Origin: a bacterium
GTDB taxonomy: Bacteria > Patescibacteriota > Saccharimonadia > Saccharimonadales > SZUA-47
Assembly (NCBI GenBank): GCA_030427445.1
Contig: JAUIBQ010000004.1
Location: 1-60,712, forward strand
Length of the DNA stretch: 60,712 bases
Direction: 5' to 3'
Shown: positions 9,707 through 20,022 of the stretch, one piece after another
Layout of the letters: each line of letters opens with the position of its first letter
How positions within the stretch are numbered: the first letter of the stretch is position 1
Position numbers and translations under genes: made by a program
The notes under the pieces: model-generated
Told to the model about the DNA's origin: nothing
The model's input: the letters and a program-made list of their open reading frames with translations, nothing else
Databases searched by the model: none

Positions 9707-10540
9707 ATGATAAAGCTCAACAACGACTTTTTGATAGAAATCGGCCTAGGTAGTCTACCTCCAGCTGAGAAAAACAAGATGCTTAACCACATCTACGAGA
9801 CTCTCGAGGGTCGTGTCGGTATGCATTTAGCAGAGCGGATGAGCGAACAGCAGTTGACTGAATTTGAAGGCTATATTAAGCGACAAGATCAGCAAGGTGC
9901 ATTGCAATGGCTTGAGTCTAACTTTCCTGATTATCGTCAGGTTGTTTCTGATGAGCTTGAAAAGCTAAAAGGGGAAATCAAGCAAGTTGCACCGAAGATT
10001 GTTGAACAATCTCAACAAGCTCAGCAGGCGATGCCACAGCAAGATGTAGCTTCACAACCACAGATGTCCCAGCAGCCTCAACCAATGCAACAACCAGTTG
10101 CACAACAGCCACAGTATACTCAACAGCCAACCACGCCACAGAGCCCAGCACCACAGGCGCAACCACAACCGAATTACGCGCCACAGCCACCGGCACCAGC
10201 TCCTCAATCGTATCAGCAGCCGCAGCAAGTTCCGGCTCAGCCTATGCAGCAACAACCACAATTCCAGCAGCAAAGCAGCCAACCGCAACAACCTCAATAT
10301 GCTGCACCGCAACAGCAGACTCCAGCTACACAACAGCCTTCAGACCAGCTTTTTGCAAATAACAATTCAAGCACACCTACACCTCCTCAACCACAGCAGC
10401 AACCTCAACCAACACAACAACCAACTGTTCAGCCTCAAAACGATACAACAGCTTGGTCTCAGTCAGCGCAAAATCAGCCACAACCAGAGGAAAACAATCA
10501 ACAAGCACCGCCTAAGTGGCAGCCACCAACGCAGCAGTAA
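9707..10540 (+). CDS. DUF5663-like protein with long Gln/Pro-rich tail
   Basis: YETLEGRVG...MSEQQLTEF...WLE.NFPDYRQVV..EL N-terminal domain followed by about 175 aa of Q/P low complexity. Confidence 0.75.
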   Translation: MIKLNNDFLIEIGLGSLPPAEKNKMLNHIYETLEGRVGMHLAERMSEQQLTEFEGYIKRQDQQGALQWLESNFPDYRQVVSDELEKLKGEIKQVAPKIVEQSQQAQQAMPQQDVASQPQMSQQPQPMQQPVAQQPQYTQQPTTPQSPAPQAQPQPNYAPQPPAPAPQSYQQPQQVPAQPMQQQPQFQQQSSQPQQPQYAAPQQQTPATQQPSDQLFANNNSSTPTPPQPQQQPQPTQQPTVQPQNDTTAWSQSAQNQPQPEENNQQAPPKWQPPTQQ

Positions 10541-10545
10541 ATATC

Positions 10546-11451
10546 TTAAACTAGTGGCAGCTTATTTGAGTAGCCAGCGAGAAATCCCTCTGCTGTCATA
10601 GATTTCTTACCATCAGGCTTAAGCTGGGTAATTGCATAGCTACCTTTTGGAGTATGAATGACAAGTACTTTAGCGCCGTCTTCCAACTTTGCTTTAGAGA
10701 GCATAGGTTTCGCGGATCCAGTATCTGGGTCTAGGATTATACCTTTTTCGATTGTCACTGGTATGTCTCCGAGCGTCATCCTTGCACCTGGCCATCCAGC
10801 GTAAGCTCGTACTTTACGGTCGATAGTCTTTGCAGTGTCATGATCACTTAACTCACCATCTGCTTTCGTAGTTTTATCGGCATATGTCGCTTCAACTGAG
10901 AACGAATCTTGGGGTACCAGAGTCACAGAACCATTGATGTACTCAGGTATGATTTGCTCTAGCATATTGTTGCTCAGCTCGATAAGTTCCTCGGTGAGCT
11001 CATCAATATATATATCCATTGGTACATTGACAATCGTTTGAGCTAAGATATCACCCGTGTCCATACCTGGATCGACAGCCATAAGGCTCACACCAGTTTC
11101 TGAGTGACCCTCCAAAATAGCGTACGTTATTGGGTCGGCACCACGAAGTTTCGGTAGCAGTGAAAAATGACTATTCACGATACCATGTGAAAAAGCATCT
11201 ATAGATTGAGCACTTATTATCACACCAAAATCTATCAATATTCCAATATTTTTTCCGCTTATGTTTGTAGCAGTAAAAACATCAACATCTGATTTTTTAT
11301 CTGCTAACACAAGCTCTTCATCTGTAATCAGAGGCTTAAAAAAATGAGCTGTTGTAGACTTAGTAACAACATACTTAAAGTTAAAAATTGTTCGCAATGT
11401 CTTAAAGGATTCGACAGCAACCGGTCCACTACCAAAGAATACGTACTGCAT
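10546..11451 (-). CDS. fmt: Methionyl-tRNA formyltransferase
   Basis: NSHFSLLPKLRGADPI, ETGVS, MDTGDI, RAYAGWPG. Confidence 0.93.
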   Translation of the reverse strand: MQYVFFGSGPVAVESFKTLRTIFNFKYVVTKSTTAHFFKPLITDEELVLADKKSDVDVFTATNISGKNIGILIDFGVIISAQSIDAFSHGIVNSHFSLLPKLRGADPITYAILEGHSETGVSLMAVDPGMDTGDILAQTIVNVPMDIYIDELTEELIELSNNMLEQIIPEYINGSVTLVPQDSFSVEATYADKTTKADGELSDHDTAKTIDRKVRAYAGWPGARMTLGDIPVTIEKGIILDPDTGSAKPMLSKAKLEDGAKVLVIHTPKGSYAITQLKPDGKKSMTAEGFLAGYSNKLPLV

Positions 11452-11998
11452 TAGTCAGTTCTTCGTCCTTAAGTTTCTTAATCTTTCCATTATCATCAAG
11501 CTTATAGAGCTTATCAGGCTGACCCTCAATGTGGTCAACAAACATCACGCCGTTGGTATGATCTATCTCATGTTGAAACACACGTGCTAGAAATCCTTCA
11601 GCCTTGATGCGAATTTCAGTGCCGTCGAGTGTCATAGCAGAGATACGCACTTTCGTGTGCCTCGGTACCTTACCGTATACATTTTTTATACTTAAACACC
11701 CCTCGAATTCCTCCTCGATATCACCTTCGTATTTCACAATCTTAGGGTTGATGAACACATCGAAATTTTTGTTAGATTTATCATTAAAATCTTCGCGAAT
11801 AATTACCACGCGAGTTAGTGAATCAATCTGTACAGCGGCAAGAGCAACACCAACTTCATGTTCACGAGACGCTTCCCAGTCAAGTGTTGCGTCACTCATG
11901 TCTTTGATCAATTTTTTAATATCTTCAGTAACGACATGTACTTTGCTCGATTTTTCGCGCAATGATTCATGTGGTAGGGTAATAATTTTTTTACTCAT
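11429..11998 (-). CDS. def: Peptide deformylase
   Basis: GVALAAVQ, EGCLS, QHEIDH. Confidence 0.96.
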   Translation of the reverse strand: MSKKIITLPHESLREKSSKVHVVTEDIKKLIKDMSDATLDWEASREHEVGVALAAVQIDSLTRVVIIREDFNDKSNKNFDVFINPKIVKYEGDIEEEFEGCLSIKNVYGKVPRHTKVRISAMTLDGTEIRIKAEGFLARVFQHEIDHTNGVMFVDHIEGQPDKLYKLDDNGKIKKLKDEELTNAVRILW

Positions 11999-12048
11999 AA
12001 ACTCCGTTTTTAGTTCTTTAAGGAGATATTATAAATGAAAATCACCTT

Positions 12049-14013
12049 TTAGAGTAGGGTGATAGGGTCAAAGTCGATATCGACGTACTTACTTCTGAGT
12101 GCAGTGAGCTTTAGTAGTTCATCCCGTTTTTTACTTTTACAGATAATTTGCCAGTAATACTTATTTTTACGTTTGTGATAAAACGCCTGGAATGGGTCAG
12201 TCGTCGAAACCCCATTCGGGATTTCATGTATGAGTTCTTGCGCGCGGTTTTTAGCGATCACTTCGCTGCTACCACTGACAGTAATTTTCGCCATAAATAC
12301 ATCGGGAGGGTAGTGATACTTTTTGCGACGTACAATTTCTTTCTCATACACCTCATGCCAGTTGTTGTGTTTCACCAGCTCAAACACAGGGTTATCTGCT
12401 TGCCGTGTCTGGATGTAGACTTCGCTTTTTCTGTGTCCTCTTCCGACCCGCCCAGCGACTTGGACGAGCTGTGCAAAGAGCCGTTCCTCGGTATTTACAT
12501 CAGGCAAGCTTAGTAAGGCATCAGCATTCAGAACTCCAACCGTAGATAGCTTCGGGAAATCAAATCCTTTTGCCATGAGCTGTGTGCCGATGATGATGTC
12601 GTAGCGGCCATCATGGACGTCATTGTAAAGTTCACCGATAGACTCCGATTTCTTGTTGGTACTGTCGAACCGAGCAATCTTCGCTGTTGGGAAAAGCTTC
12701 TGTGCCTCAACTTCAACTGATTTTATCGCGAGTGAACGTGATTTGAGTGCTCCACCACAGTCCGGACAGACATTTTCAGCTTTTTTGGCGGTATCACAGA
12801 CTGTGCATCGGTAACTGTGTGTGTCATGGTGGTAAATAAAGTTTGTGTCGCACTGTGGGCATGTTGCCTGCCAGCCACAATCACCGCACTCGATAATATG
12901 TGCACTTCCGAGCTTATTGATAAAAAGAAGAGTTTGTTCACTTCTGCTCAGTGCTTCGCCGATAGCTGAAGAGAGAGCAGAAGATATCAGTCTGCTTTTT
13001 GCTTTCTGCTTCTGGTCTTTGCTGACGTCAATCACAGAGAATGATGTTTCGTGCTCGGACGATTTCGCGATCGAATGCATACACACGATTTCAGCTCCTT
13101 TTTCGCTCATCATGTAGGTCTCTGGGATTGGTGGTGTTGCGCTTCCTATGATGAACTGTGCGCCATGAATTTTAGCCAGTGCTGCTGCAGAAAAAAGCCC
13201 ATGGTAGTGACTGTTTTCATGATCTTCTTTCAGACTATACTCATGCGCCTCGTCAATAATAACGACTCCAAGATTCTCAAACGGCAGAAAGAGAGACGAC
13301 CGTGTGCCGACAATTATTGTCGGGTGAGTAGATTGTGCTTGTTTCCATGTTTCTCTGTTATGTTTTGCAGTTTGTGATGAGTGGTAGGTAGCGATATGCG
13401 CATTCGGCAGAAGTTTACGCAGCGAGGAAGAAAGTTGAGATATCAATGATATTTCAGGAACGATGACGAGCGCATGATTACCCCTATCTAATTCATCCAA
13501 GATCCTACGTGCATACACTGCAGTTTTTCCTGAGCCTGTGATACCGTGCAGTATGATTGGCTTTGAGGTGTCATCTGTAATGCTACTATATGCTGCTTCC
13601 TGATCGGCTGTCAGTGATACGGCGAGTTTGTTATCGTCATCAACAGCCGACTCGTTAGCCTCCTGATCAAGTAATTCTTGCGATATAAAACCTGGTAGAA
13701 ATTTACTCAAGTGCCCAGAACCTGTCGAAGGATAATAGCTTTCAATCCATTGATAGAATTTCATAGTCGACGAGGTAAGTGAGTGGCCTGTAGGTGTAAT
13801 TTGTTTAAGGATGTTCAATAAATCATCAGATGGCTCTGTTGCTTCCACGACAACACCAAACACGGTTTTTTTACCTAGTGGTGCTAGGACAATAGCGCCG
13901 GAAGTAAGTTTTTCAGCAGAAGAATACGTAAGATTTTGTTTTGCCCAAGGAGTTGAAGACGCAAGAGCAACAGAATAGTAATAAATCTTACGGTTATCGC
14001 TCTCTGCTTTCAT
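12049..14013 (-). CDS. priA: Primosomal protein N'
   Basis: GITGSGKT, VPEISL, DEAH, SATP, four CxxC, QVAGRVGR; start ATG 14013 is 6 nt after TACAAT. Confidence 0.95.
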   Translation of the reverse strand: MKAESDNRKIYYYSVALASSTPWAKQNLTYSSAEKLTSGAIVLAPLGKKTVFGVVVEATEPSDDLLNILKQITPTGHSLTSSTMKFYQWIESYYPSTGSGHLSKFLPGFISQELLDQEANESAVDDDNKLAVSLTADQEAAYSSITDDTSKPIILHGITGSGKTAVYARRILDELDRGNHALVIVPEISLISQLSSSLRKLLPNAHIATYHSSQTAKHNRETWKQAQSTHPTIIVGTRSSLFLPFENLGVVIIDEAHEYSLKEDHENSHYHGLFSAAALAKIHGAQFIIGSATPPIPETYMMSEKGAEIVCMHSIAKSSEHETSFSVIDVSKDQKQKAKSRLISSALSSAIGEALSRSEQTLLFINKLGSAHIIECGDCGWQATCPQCDTNFIYHHDTHSYRCTVCDTAKKAENVCPDCGGALKSRSLAIKSVEVEAQKLFPTAKIARFDSTNKKSESIGELYNDVHDGRYDIIIGTQLMAKGFDFPKLSTVGVLNADALLSLPDVNTEERLFAQLVQVAGRVGRGHRKSEVYIQTRQADNPVFELVKHNNWHEVYEKEIVRRKKYHYPPDVFMAKITVSGSSEVIAKNRAQELIHEIPNGVSTTDPFQAFYHKRKNKYYWQIICKSKKRDELLKLTALRSKYVDIDFDPITLL

Positions 14014-14101
14014 ATACTTATTGTATCGCTTCATCACGACTATTGAATACAGCGAATAATATGGTTATAATAATTGTTGTCGGGAAAACAATGAGAGCAC
14101 A

Positions 14102-14389
14102 ATGTTAGATACATTCATTACATCAAGAGTACGCAGGAAAATCGTCGTTATATACGCGAAGTATCCAGATTTCAAGACCCATGTTCGAGGCTTAGCGAAG
14201 CTTATTAAAGAAGATGCAGGGAATATTCAGCGTGAGCTCAAGAAGCTTGAAAAAGTTGGTTTCCTCTTATCTGAGCGACAGGGAAACACGAAAGTGTACT
14301 ACACAAACAAGCATTTTATTATTTTTAAAGACCTCCAGAGTATTGTGCTGAAGTCTCAGCGCGCCGCACAGCAAAGACAACGTAAGTAA
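14102..14389 (+). CDS. Stand-alone winged-helix transcriptional regulator
   Basis: HVRGLAK...IQRELKKLEKVGFL...GNTKVY wHTH pattern. Confidence 0.8.
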   Translation: MLDTFITSRVRRKIVVIYAKYPDFKTHVRGLAKLIKEDAGNIQRELKKLEKVGFLLSERQGNTKVYYTNKHFIIFKDLQSIVLKSQRAAQQRQRK

Positions 14390-14433
14390 AATAACAGTTT
14401 ACATCTGTTATCAGCTCTAGTATAATAACCGTC

Positions 14434-14646
14434 ATGATACAAGTTACTAAAAAAGACGCAAAAGAATCACCAGAAAACTTAATCCGACGTTTCACACGTC
14501 GAGTTCAGCAGTCTGGCGTATTAGCTCAAGCTAAAAGTGAGCAGAATTTCGAAAAAGAAATCAGCAAGCGACAGCGACGAGAGCGAGCTATCCAGCGCAA
14601 CGAACGACGTTCAGAGAAATTCAAAAAAATTCGCCTAGGTAGGTAA
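14434..14646 (+). CDS. rpsU: 30S ribosomal protein S21
   Basis: ESPENLIRRFTRRVQQSGVL...FEK; precedes yqeY as usual. Confidence 0.85.
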   Translation: MIQVTKKDAKESPENLIRRFTRRVQQSGVLAQAKSEQNFEKEISKRQRRERAIQRNERRSEKFKKIRLGR

Positions 14647-14653
14647 TTTTATA

Positions 14654-15115
14654 ATGAACACAGAAGAAAAGCTGACTGCAGATATAAAGTCAGCAATGCT
14701 AGCACGTGATTCTGAAAAAACAGAAACGCTCAAAGGTCTCAAGAGCGCATTGCTGTATGAAAAAGTTGCCTTGGGTAAACGCGATGAAGGTTTAAGCGAA
14801 GAAGAAGTTCTCACTGTATTTAAACGAGAAGCTAAGAAGCGCAAAGATGCTATCGAACTTTATAAGCAAGGTGACAACGAAGCCTCAGCTCAAAAAGAGC
14901 AGACAGAACTTACTCTCATCGAACAGTACTTACCTGAAATGATGAGTGAGGAAGAAACTGAAAAACTCGTTACTAAAGTAATGAGTGACCTCGGTATCGA
15001 ATCTCCTCAGCGCTCGGACACAGGCCGAATCATCGGAGCCGTCAAAAAAGAGGCTGGCGCTTCCGCCGATCCAGCTACGATAGCAAAAATAGTCTCAAGC
15101 AAAGTGAGCCAGTAA
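14654..15115 (+). CDS. yqeY: GatB/YqeY domain protein
   Basis: REAKKRKDAIELY...E...IEQYLPEMMSEEE. Confidence 0.9.
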   Translation: MNTEEKLTADIKSAMLARDSEKTETLKGLKSALLYEKVALGKRDEGLSEEEVLTVFKREAKKRKDAIELYKQGDNEASAQKEQTELTLIEQYLPEMMSEEETEKLVTKVMSDLGIESPQRSDTGRIIGAVKKEAGASADPATIAKIVSSKVSQ

Positions 15116-15655
15116 ATGATAGTTATCATGGGTGTTGCCGGTGCTGGTAAGAGTATCCAAGGCCGCTGGCTGGCTGATGAGTTTGGCCTGCCATGGCTTT
15201 CGACTGGTGAATTTTTACGTATGATGGTCAGCGGTGAACGCCGCAAAGAGATGGTCAAGGGTAAATTGCTTGATGATGTCGAAATCATTCACATGGCAGA
15301 CAAAATTTTTCACTTACTCGATAAAGACGAGGAGTTTATCCTTGATGGCTTCCCTCGAACTCTAACTCAAGCACAGTGGTTATTAGCTCAGCACAAAGTT
15401 GGACTGCTAAATATTTCTCACGTGATTCACATCCAAGCAAGCGAAGAAGTTGTGATGGAGCGATTACTAAAACGAGGTCGTCCAGATGATACGGAACTAG
15501 CTATTAAGAAGCGTTTTGAAGAGTATCGTTCAACGACATTGCCTGTCATTGAAGACTTTGAAAAACAAGGAATCTCAGTGCTTCATGTAGATGGCGACAC
15601 AACCCCAGAAGAAGTTCACAGTTTAATCTCTCCAGTTATCAAAAACTATGTATAA
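15116..15655 (+). CDS. adk: Adenylate kinase family (short, no LID)
   Basis: GVAGAGKSIQ, STGEFLR, ILDGFPRT, RGRPDD. Confidence 0.88.
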   Translation: MIVIMGVAGAGKSIQGRWLADEFGLPWLSTGEFLRMMVSGERRKEMVKGKLLDDVEIIHMADKIFHLLDKDEEFILDGFPRTLTQAQWLLAQHKVGLLNISHVIHIQASEEVVMERLLKRGRPDDTELAIKKRFEEYRSTTLPVIEDFEKQGISVLHVDGDTTPEEVHSLISPVIKNYV

Positions 15656-16400
15656 CAAAGTAAAAACAGAAGAAGAGATCGCAGCAATACGCGAGAGTGG
15701 CAGAATTTTAGGAACTGTACTCAATGAGATAGTCTCAACGGTGAAGCCGGGTATGACAGGCCTTGATATAGATGCTCGAGCTCGAGCTATCTTGGAGGAG
15801 AACAATGCTACACCTGCGTTTCTGGGCTATCAGGGTTTTCCTGCAAGCATCTGCATTTCTGTGAATGATGCAGTTGTGCACGGTATTCCAAACGATATTC
15901 CATTTAAGGATGGCGACATAGTCGGATTTGATTTTGGAGTGCTATACGAAGGCATGATTACCGACGCAGCTCGAACAGTTATTATCGGTGACGATACACC
16001 AGAAAAACACGTGAAGTTACTGCAGCGAACACAGCGCGCATTGGACGAGGGTATCCAAGCCATAAAGTCCGGCGTGAAAGTCGGGGATGTGTCATTCGCA
16101 GTCGAGAACTACATTACACAGTTCGGCTACGGAAACGTGCGTGATTTAGTCGGTCATGGAGTTGGACACGCAGTGCACGAAGGGCCTGAAATCCCAAACT
16201 ATGGAATCGCTGGGCAAGGACCGGTACTTAAATCAGGCATGACAGTCGCTATTGAACCCATGATTACACTTGGTACACATAACGTAGTCGTTGACCCAGA
16301 CGGTTGGACGATTCGTACTCGTGACGGCTCACTCGCAGCGCACTTTGAAGATACGATACTTGTTACAGATGATGGTGCTGAGATTTTAACAAGAATCTAA
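15648..16400 (+). CDS. map: Methionine aminopeptidase type I
   Basis: CISVNDAVVHGIP, GHGVGHAVHE, AIEPMI, AHFEDT. Confidence 0.96.
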   Translation: MYNKVKTEEEIAAIRESGRILGTVLNEIVSTVKPGMTGLDIDARARAILEENNATPAFLGYQGFPASICISVNDAVVHGIPNDIPFKDGDIVGFDFGVLYEGMITDAARTVIIGDDTPEKHVKLLQRTQRALDEGIQAIKSGVKVGDVSFAVENYITQFGYGNVRDLVGHGVGHAVHEGPEIPNYGIAGQGPVLKSGMTVAIEPMITLGTHNVVVDPDGWTIRTRDGSLAAHFEDTILVTDDGAEILTRI

Positions 16401-16461
16401 ACTAGCTCTTTTATCAGAATAATGGTAGTATATTGACATTAGCAGTATTGTTTCTTTAGCT

Positions 16462-17703
16462 ATGGCAGAAAAATCAAACATTCCACATTTTGTAGGCATC
16501 GACGTCGGATCATCAATGGTCAGATGTGTTATTGGCACGATTGATGAGGAAGGCGTCCCTGAGATTATTGGACACAGTGAAGCGCCAGCTATTGGCATGC
16601 GCCGAGGAGTTGTTACGCAACCACAAGAAGTCGGAAGTGTTATTGCGGAAGTTGTTGAGGCTGCAAAACGACTCTCAGGTAAAAATATTACTGGAGCGAC
16701 AGTGAATATCAACGGAGCACATGTTGAAGGCATCGACTCTCGAGGAGTCGTGGCGATTAGTGCCGTCGACCGTGAAGTATCAATAGAAGATCGTTTGCGT
16801 GTTGAAGAAGCTGCTTCAGTCATGAAAATGCCAGCCAACAGAGAGATTATTCAGATTTTTCCTAAGGAATACAGCCTCGACGGCCAAGGAAGTATTAAAG
16901 ATCCGGTGGGAATGCAAGGCGTTCGTTTAGAAGTTGACACTCATATTGTTACGTCATCAGTACCGCATGTGCGAAGTCTTGAGCAGGCTATGGATTTTGC
17001 AAACCTTGACATCAAACACCGTAGTATCTCAAGTCTTGCGAGCGCTGAAGCGGTTCTAAACAGACAGCAACGTGAAGCCGGTACAGCAGTCGTCGATATT
17101 GGTGCTGGTACTACAAACGTTATCATTATCGAAGATGGAGAAGTGCAGTTCGTATCTGTTATTCCTGTAGGTGGTCGCCATATTACAAACGATCTCGCAA
17201 TTGGCCTGAAGACTGATTTAGATATAGCTGAAGATGTGAAGCTCCAGCATGCAACACTGCAAAACTCAGTTCATAGTGTTGTGTCAGTTAAAAAAGATAA
17301 AACCCAGCATACTTTCGATGCAGCTACAGTGAGAATGGTTGTTGAGGCACGAGTAGAAGAACTCTTAGAGATGGTAGACAAAGAGTTGAAAAAAGCAGGT
17401 AAAAGTAGAAAGCTTCCCGGTGGAGTTGTGTTTACGGGCGGAAGCAGCAAGATTAAAGGTCTGTCAGAATTTGCTAAGGAGCAACTTGAACTCCCAACAA
17501 AAGTAGCAAACCTACTTCCTGTAAGTGGTCTTTCAGACATTTCAAAAGACGTTTCATATGCAACTGTCATCGGATTGATGATGCTAGATATGCTTTTGGA
17601 AGGTGTTGACGACAGCAAGAGTAGCAATAGTGTTCATCAAATCGTTGAAAACCCAATGCTGAATAAAATCAGTGGCCTGCTCAAAAAAGCCAATCCTTTC
17701 TAA
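16462..17703 (+). CDS. ftsA: Cell division protein FtsA
   Basis: GIDVGSS, PVGMQGVRLE, DIGAGTT, VFTGG; upstream of ftsZ. Confidence 0.96.
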   Translation: MAEKSNIPHFVGIDVGSSMVRCVIGTIDEEGVPEIIGHSEAPAIGMRRGVVTQPQEVGSVIAEVVEAAKRLSGKNITGATVNINGAHVEGIDSRGVVAISAVDREVSIEDRLRVEEAASVMKMPANREIIQIFPKEYSLDGQGSIKDPVGMQGVRLEVDTHIVTSSVPHVRSLEQAMDFANLDIKHRSISSLASAEAVLNRQQREAGTAVVDIGAGTTNVIIIEDGEVQFVSVIPVGGRHITNDLAIGLKTDLDIAEDVKLQHATLQNSVHSVVSVKKDKTQHTFDAATVRMVVEARVEELLEMVDKELKKAGKSRKLPGGVVFTGGSSKIKGLSEFAKEQLELPTKVANLLPVSGLSDISKDVSYATVIGLMMLDMLLEGVDDSKSSNSVHQIVENPMLNKISGLLKKANPF

Positions 17704-17776
17704 GAAAACAATAGTTGCTCAAATCCCTGTATCTTCTGTATACTGTCAGGTATACGATAAGGGAGATATCATAATA

Positions 17777-19096
17777 ATGCCTCAAGTAGCACCAGCAATC
17801 GAAACATTCGCAATTATTAAAGTGGTAGGAGTCGGCGGGGCCGGTGGAGCAGCTTTGAATCGAATGATTGAAGCTGGTGTTGAAGGTGTCGAGTATATCG
17901 CCGTTAATACAGATGCTCAAGCTCTGCATCACTCTAAAGCAAACACCAAAATACACATCGGTAAAGATACAACTCGTGGACTTGGTGCTGGAGCAGATCC
18001 TACTGTAGGAGAAAAAGCTGCACAAGAATCTAAAGATGAAATCCTAAAAGCACTTAATGGTGCAGATATGGTTTTTGTGACTATCGGTGCCGGAGGTGGT
18101 ACAGGTTCTGGTGCAGGTCATGTCGTTGCTGAGATAGCTCGAGAGAGTGGAGCACTTGTAGTCGGATTTGCGACTAAGCCATTTGCATTCGAAGGACAAC
18201 GTCGTAAACAAAACGCGACACATGCGATAGACAGACTTTCACGCCAGGTAGATACACTTATAACCGTACCTAATGACAAGCTCCTTCAAACTATCGACCG
18301 TAAAACACCACTCCCTGAGGCATTTAAGGTAGCAGATGATGTACTTCGCCAAGGAGTACAAGGTATTTCAGACCTTATTACTGTCCATGGTCTTATTAAC
18401 TTAGACTTTGCCGATGTAAAAGCTGTGATGAAGGGTGCAGGTAACGCATTAATGGGAATTGGCCGAGCATCAGGTGATGATCGGGCAGTTGAAGCAGCAC
18501 GCCAAGCAATTGAATCACCACTTCTAGAAGTCACTATCGATGGAGCACGTGGTGTCCTCTTTAATGTCATCGGCGGCGCAGACATGTCTATGCATGAGAT
18601 TAACGCTGCCGCTGAAACAATTACTGCAGCAGCAGATCCAAATGCAAACGTTATTTTCGGTGCAACTATCAATGACGAGCTAGAAGGAGAAGTGATTGTA
18701 ACAGTGGTAGCCACTGGCTTTGACGCTTCGTACTATAATCGCGCCGACAACAATGGTCCGGCTACTAGTAGTAGTGAACCTGCTCCTACACAAGTAGCAA
18801 CTCCAGCTACAGAAGAGCCAAGTGAAGATGATATGGCTGAGCTCAATACAGACTTGGACGTTGATAGCGACGATAGTGCTGGTTTGGGTGAGTTTAAGCC
18901 AGAAAAATCAACTCCTTCAATCTGGACAATGGACTCAGACGAGACTGATTCATCGAATGATGAAACTAAGAAAGACGATGATAAAAAAGATGAATCGTCC
19001 GACAACGACAGCCAAGATAATGACGAAAACGAACTCGACAAACCTTCATTCTTACGACGATTCAAACGTAATAAATCTAAAGAAAATCAAGAATAA
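17777..19096 (+). CDS. ftsZ: Cell division protein FtsZ
   Basis: GGGTGSG signature, NTDAQ, INLDFADV, C-terminal LDKPSFLRR; start ATG 17777 after GGGAG. Confidence 0.97.
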   Translation: MPQVAPAIETFAIIKVVGVGGAGGAALNRMIEAGVEGVEYIAVNTDAQALHHSKANTKIHIGKDTTRGLGAGADPTVGEKAAQESKDEILKALNGADMVFVTIGAGGGTGSGAGHVVAEIARESGALVVGFATKPFAFEGQRRKQNATHAIDRLSRQVDTLITVPNDKLLQTIDRKTPLPEAFKVADDVLRQGVQGISDLITVHGLINLDFADVKAVMKGAGNALMGIGRASGDDRAVEAARQAIESPLLEVTIDGARGVLFNVIGGADMSMHEINAAAETITAAADPNANVIFGATINDELEGEVIVTVVATGFDASYYNRADNNGPATSSSEPAPTQVATPATEEPSEDDMAELNTDLDVDSDDSAGLGEFKPEKSTPSIWTMDSDETDSSNDETKKDDDKKDESSDNDSQDNDENELDKPSFLRRFKRNKSKENQE

Positions 19097-19152
19097 ACAC
19101 CTTAGAATTGCACGAGGTGTAAACTATATTACTACACAAAAAGTATAGAAAA

Positions 19153-19201
19153 ACGCTATTCATAGCGCTATAGTATATGGTGTGAACGCTATATATAGCG
19201 A
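19153..19201 (+). promoter_or_regulatory. Tandem NrdR boxes
   Basis: ACGCTATTCATAGCGC (19153-19168) and ACGCTATATATAGCGA (19186-19201), 33 bp apart, resemble acaCwAtATaTwGtg; upstream of nrdR-nrdJ. Confidence 0.65.
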
Positions 19202-19256
19202 TCATGAGACATTAACACAAAATATGTAAAATAAATGTGCCTAAAAGGGAGAAAAA

Positions 19257-19724
19257 ATGCGCTGTACACAATGTGGTACCACAGAAACAAAAGTTATCGA
19301 GTCACGAGAATCCTCAGAGGGTGAGTGTATTCGACGACGCCGTGAGTGTATCTCATGCGCAGCTCGCTTTACGACATATGAAAGAATAGAAAGACCTCAG
19401 CTAGTTGTTGTAAAAAACAACGGAAATCGTCAACTCTATAACAGGGATAAACTGCTAGCAGGAATCGTCCGTGCATGTGAAAAAACTTCCATGACCATGG
19501 TCGATATCGAGCGAGTAGTTGATAAGATAGAAGAACGACTTTATGGACTAGGTGAAGCCGAAGTTCCAGCGCGAAAAGTTGGAGAGGCGGCCATGGAGGT
19601 CTTGGCAGAAACGAACGAAGTCGCGTATGTCCGTTTTGCAAGTGTCTATCGACGCTTTAGGGACATCGCAAGTTTCGAACGTGAACTAGCACAAATTAAA
19701 AATCAACATTTAGCACAGAACTAG
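19257..19724 (+). CDS. nrdR: Transcriptional repressor NrdR
   Basis: CxxC...IRRRRECxxC..RFTTYE, ATP cone, VAYVRFASVYR. Confidence 0.97.
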   Translation: MRCTQCGTTETKVIESRESSEGECIRRRRECISCAARFTTYERIERPQLVVVKNNGNRQLYNRDKLLAGIVRACEKTSMTMVDIERVVDKIEERLYGLGEAEVPARKVGEAAMEVLAETNEVAYVRFASVYRRFRDIASFERELAQIKNQHLAQN

Positions 19725-20022
19725 TTATTTACTGTCGAGCAAACTCGTAGATGTTTGTTCGAGAGTGAAGAACTCTGACCTTCTTAGTGCGAGAGACATG
19801 AGAAGGTAAGCGTTTTTGGCTCGAAATCAAAATAAGTCATAGGTTAAGTAATTGATTTGCACATTCAAAAGTTTTAGATAGTGTTACAGCTACTGTTTTC
19901 TTGTGAGAAAGTGATGCTAAATGCATCAGTGACGAACAAAAAGCAGTAGATGTGCCTAGGTAGGACTTTTGAATCGCAAAAGAAATGCTTATCGTATGAC
20001 ATAAAAAAGTGAGGGGAACAAA

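Noticed and set aside
19725..20022. Cobalamin riboswitch before nrdJ
   Set aside because: No recognisable GGGAA/B12-box or other conserved core elements
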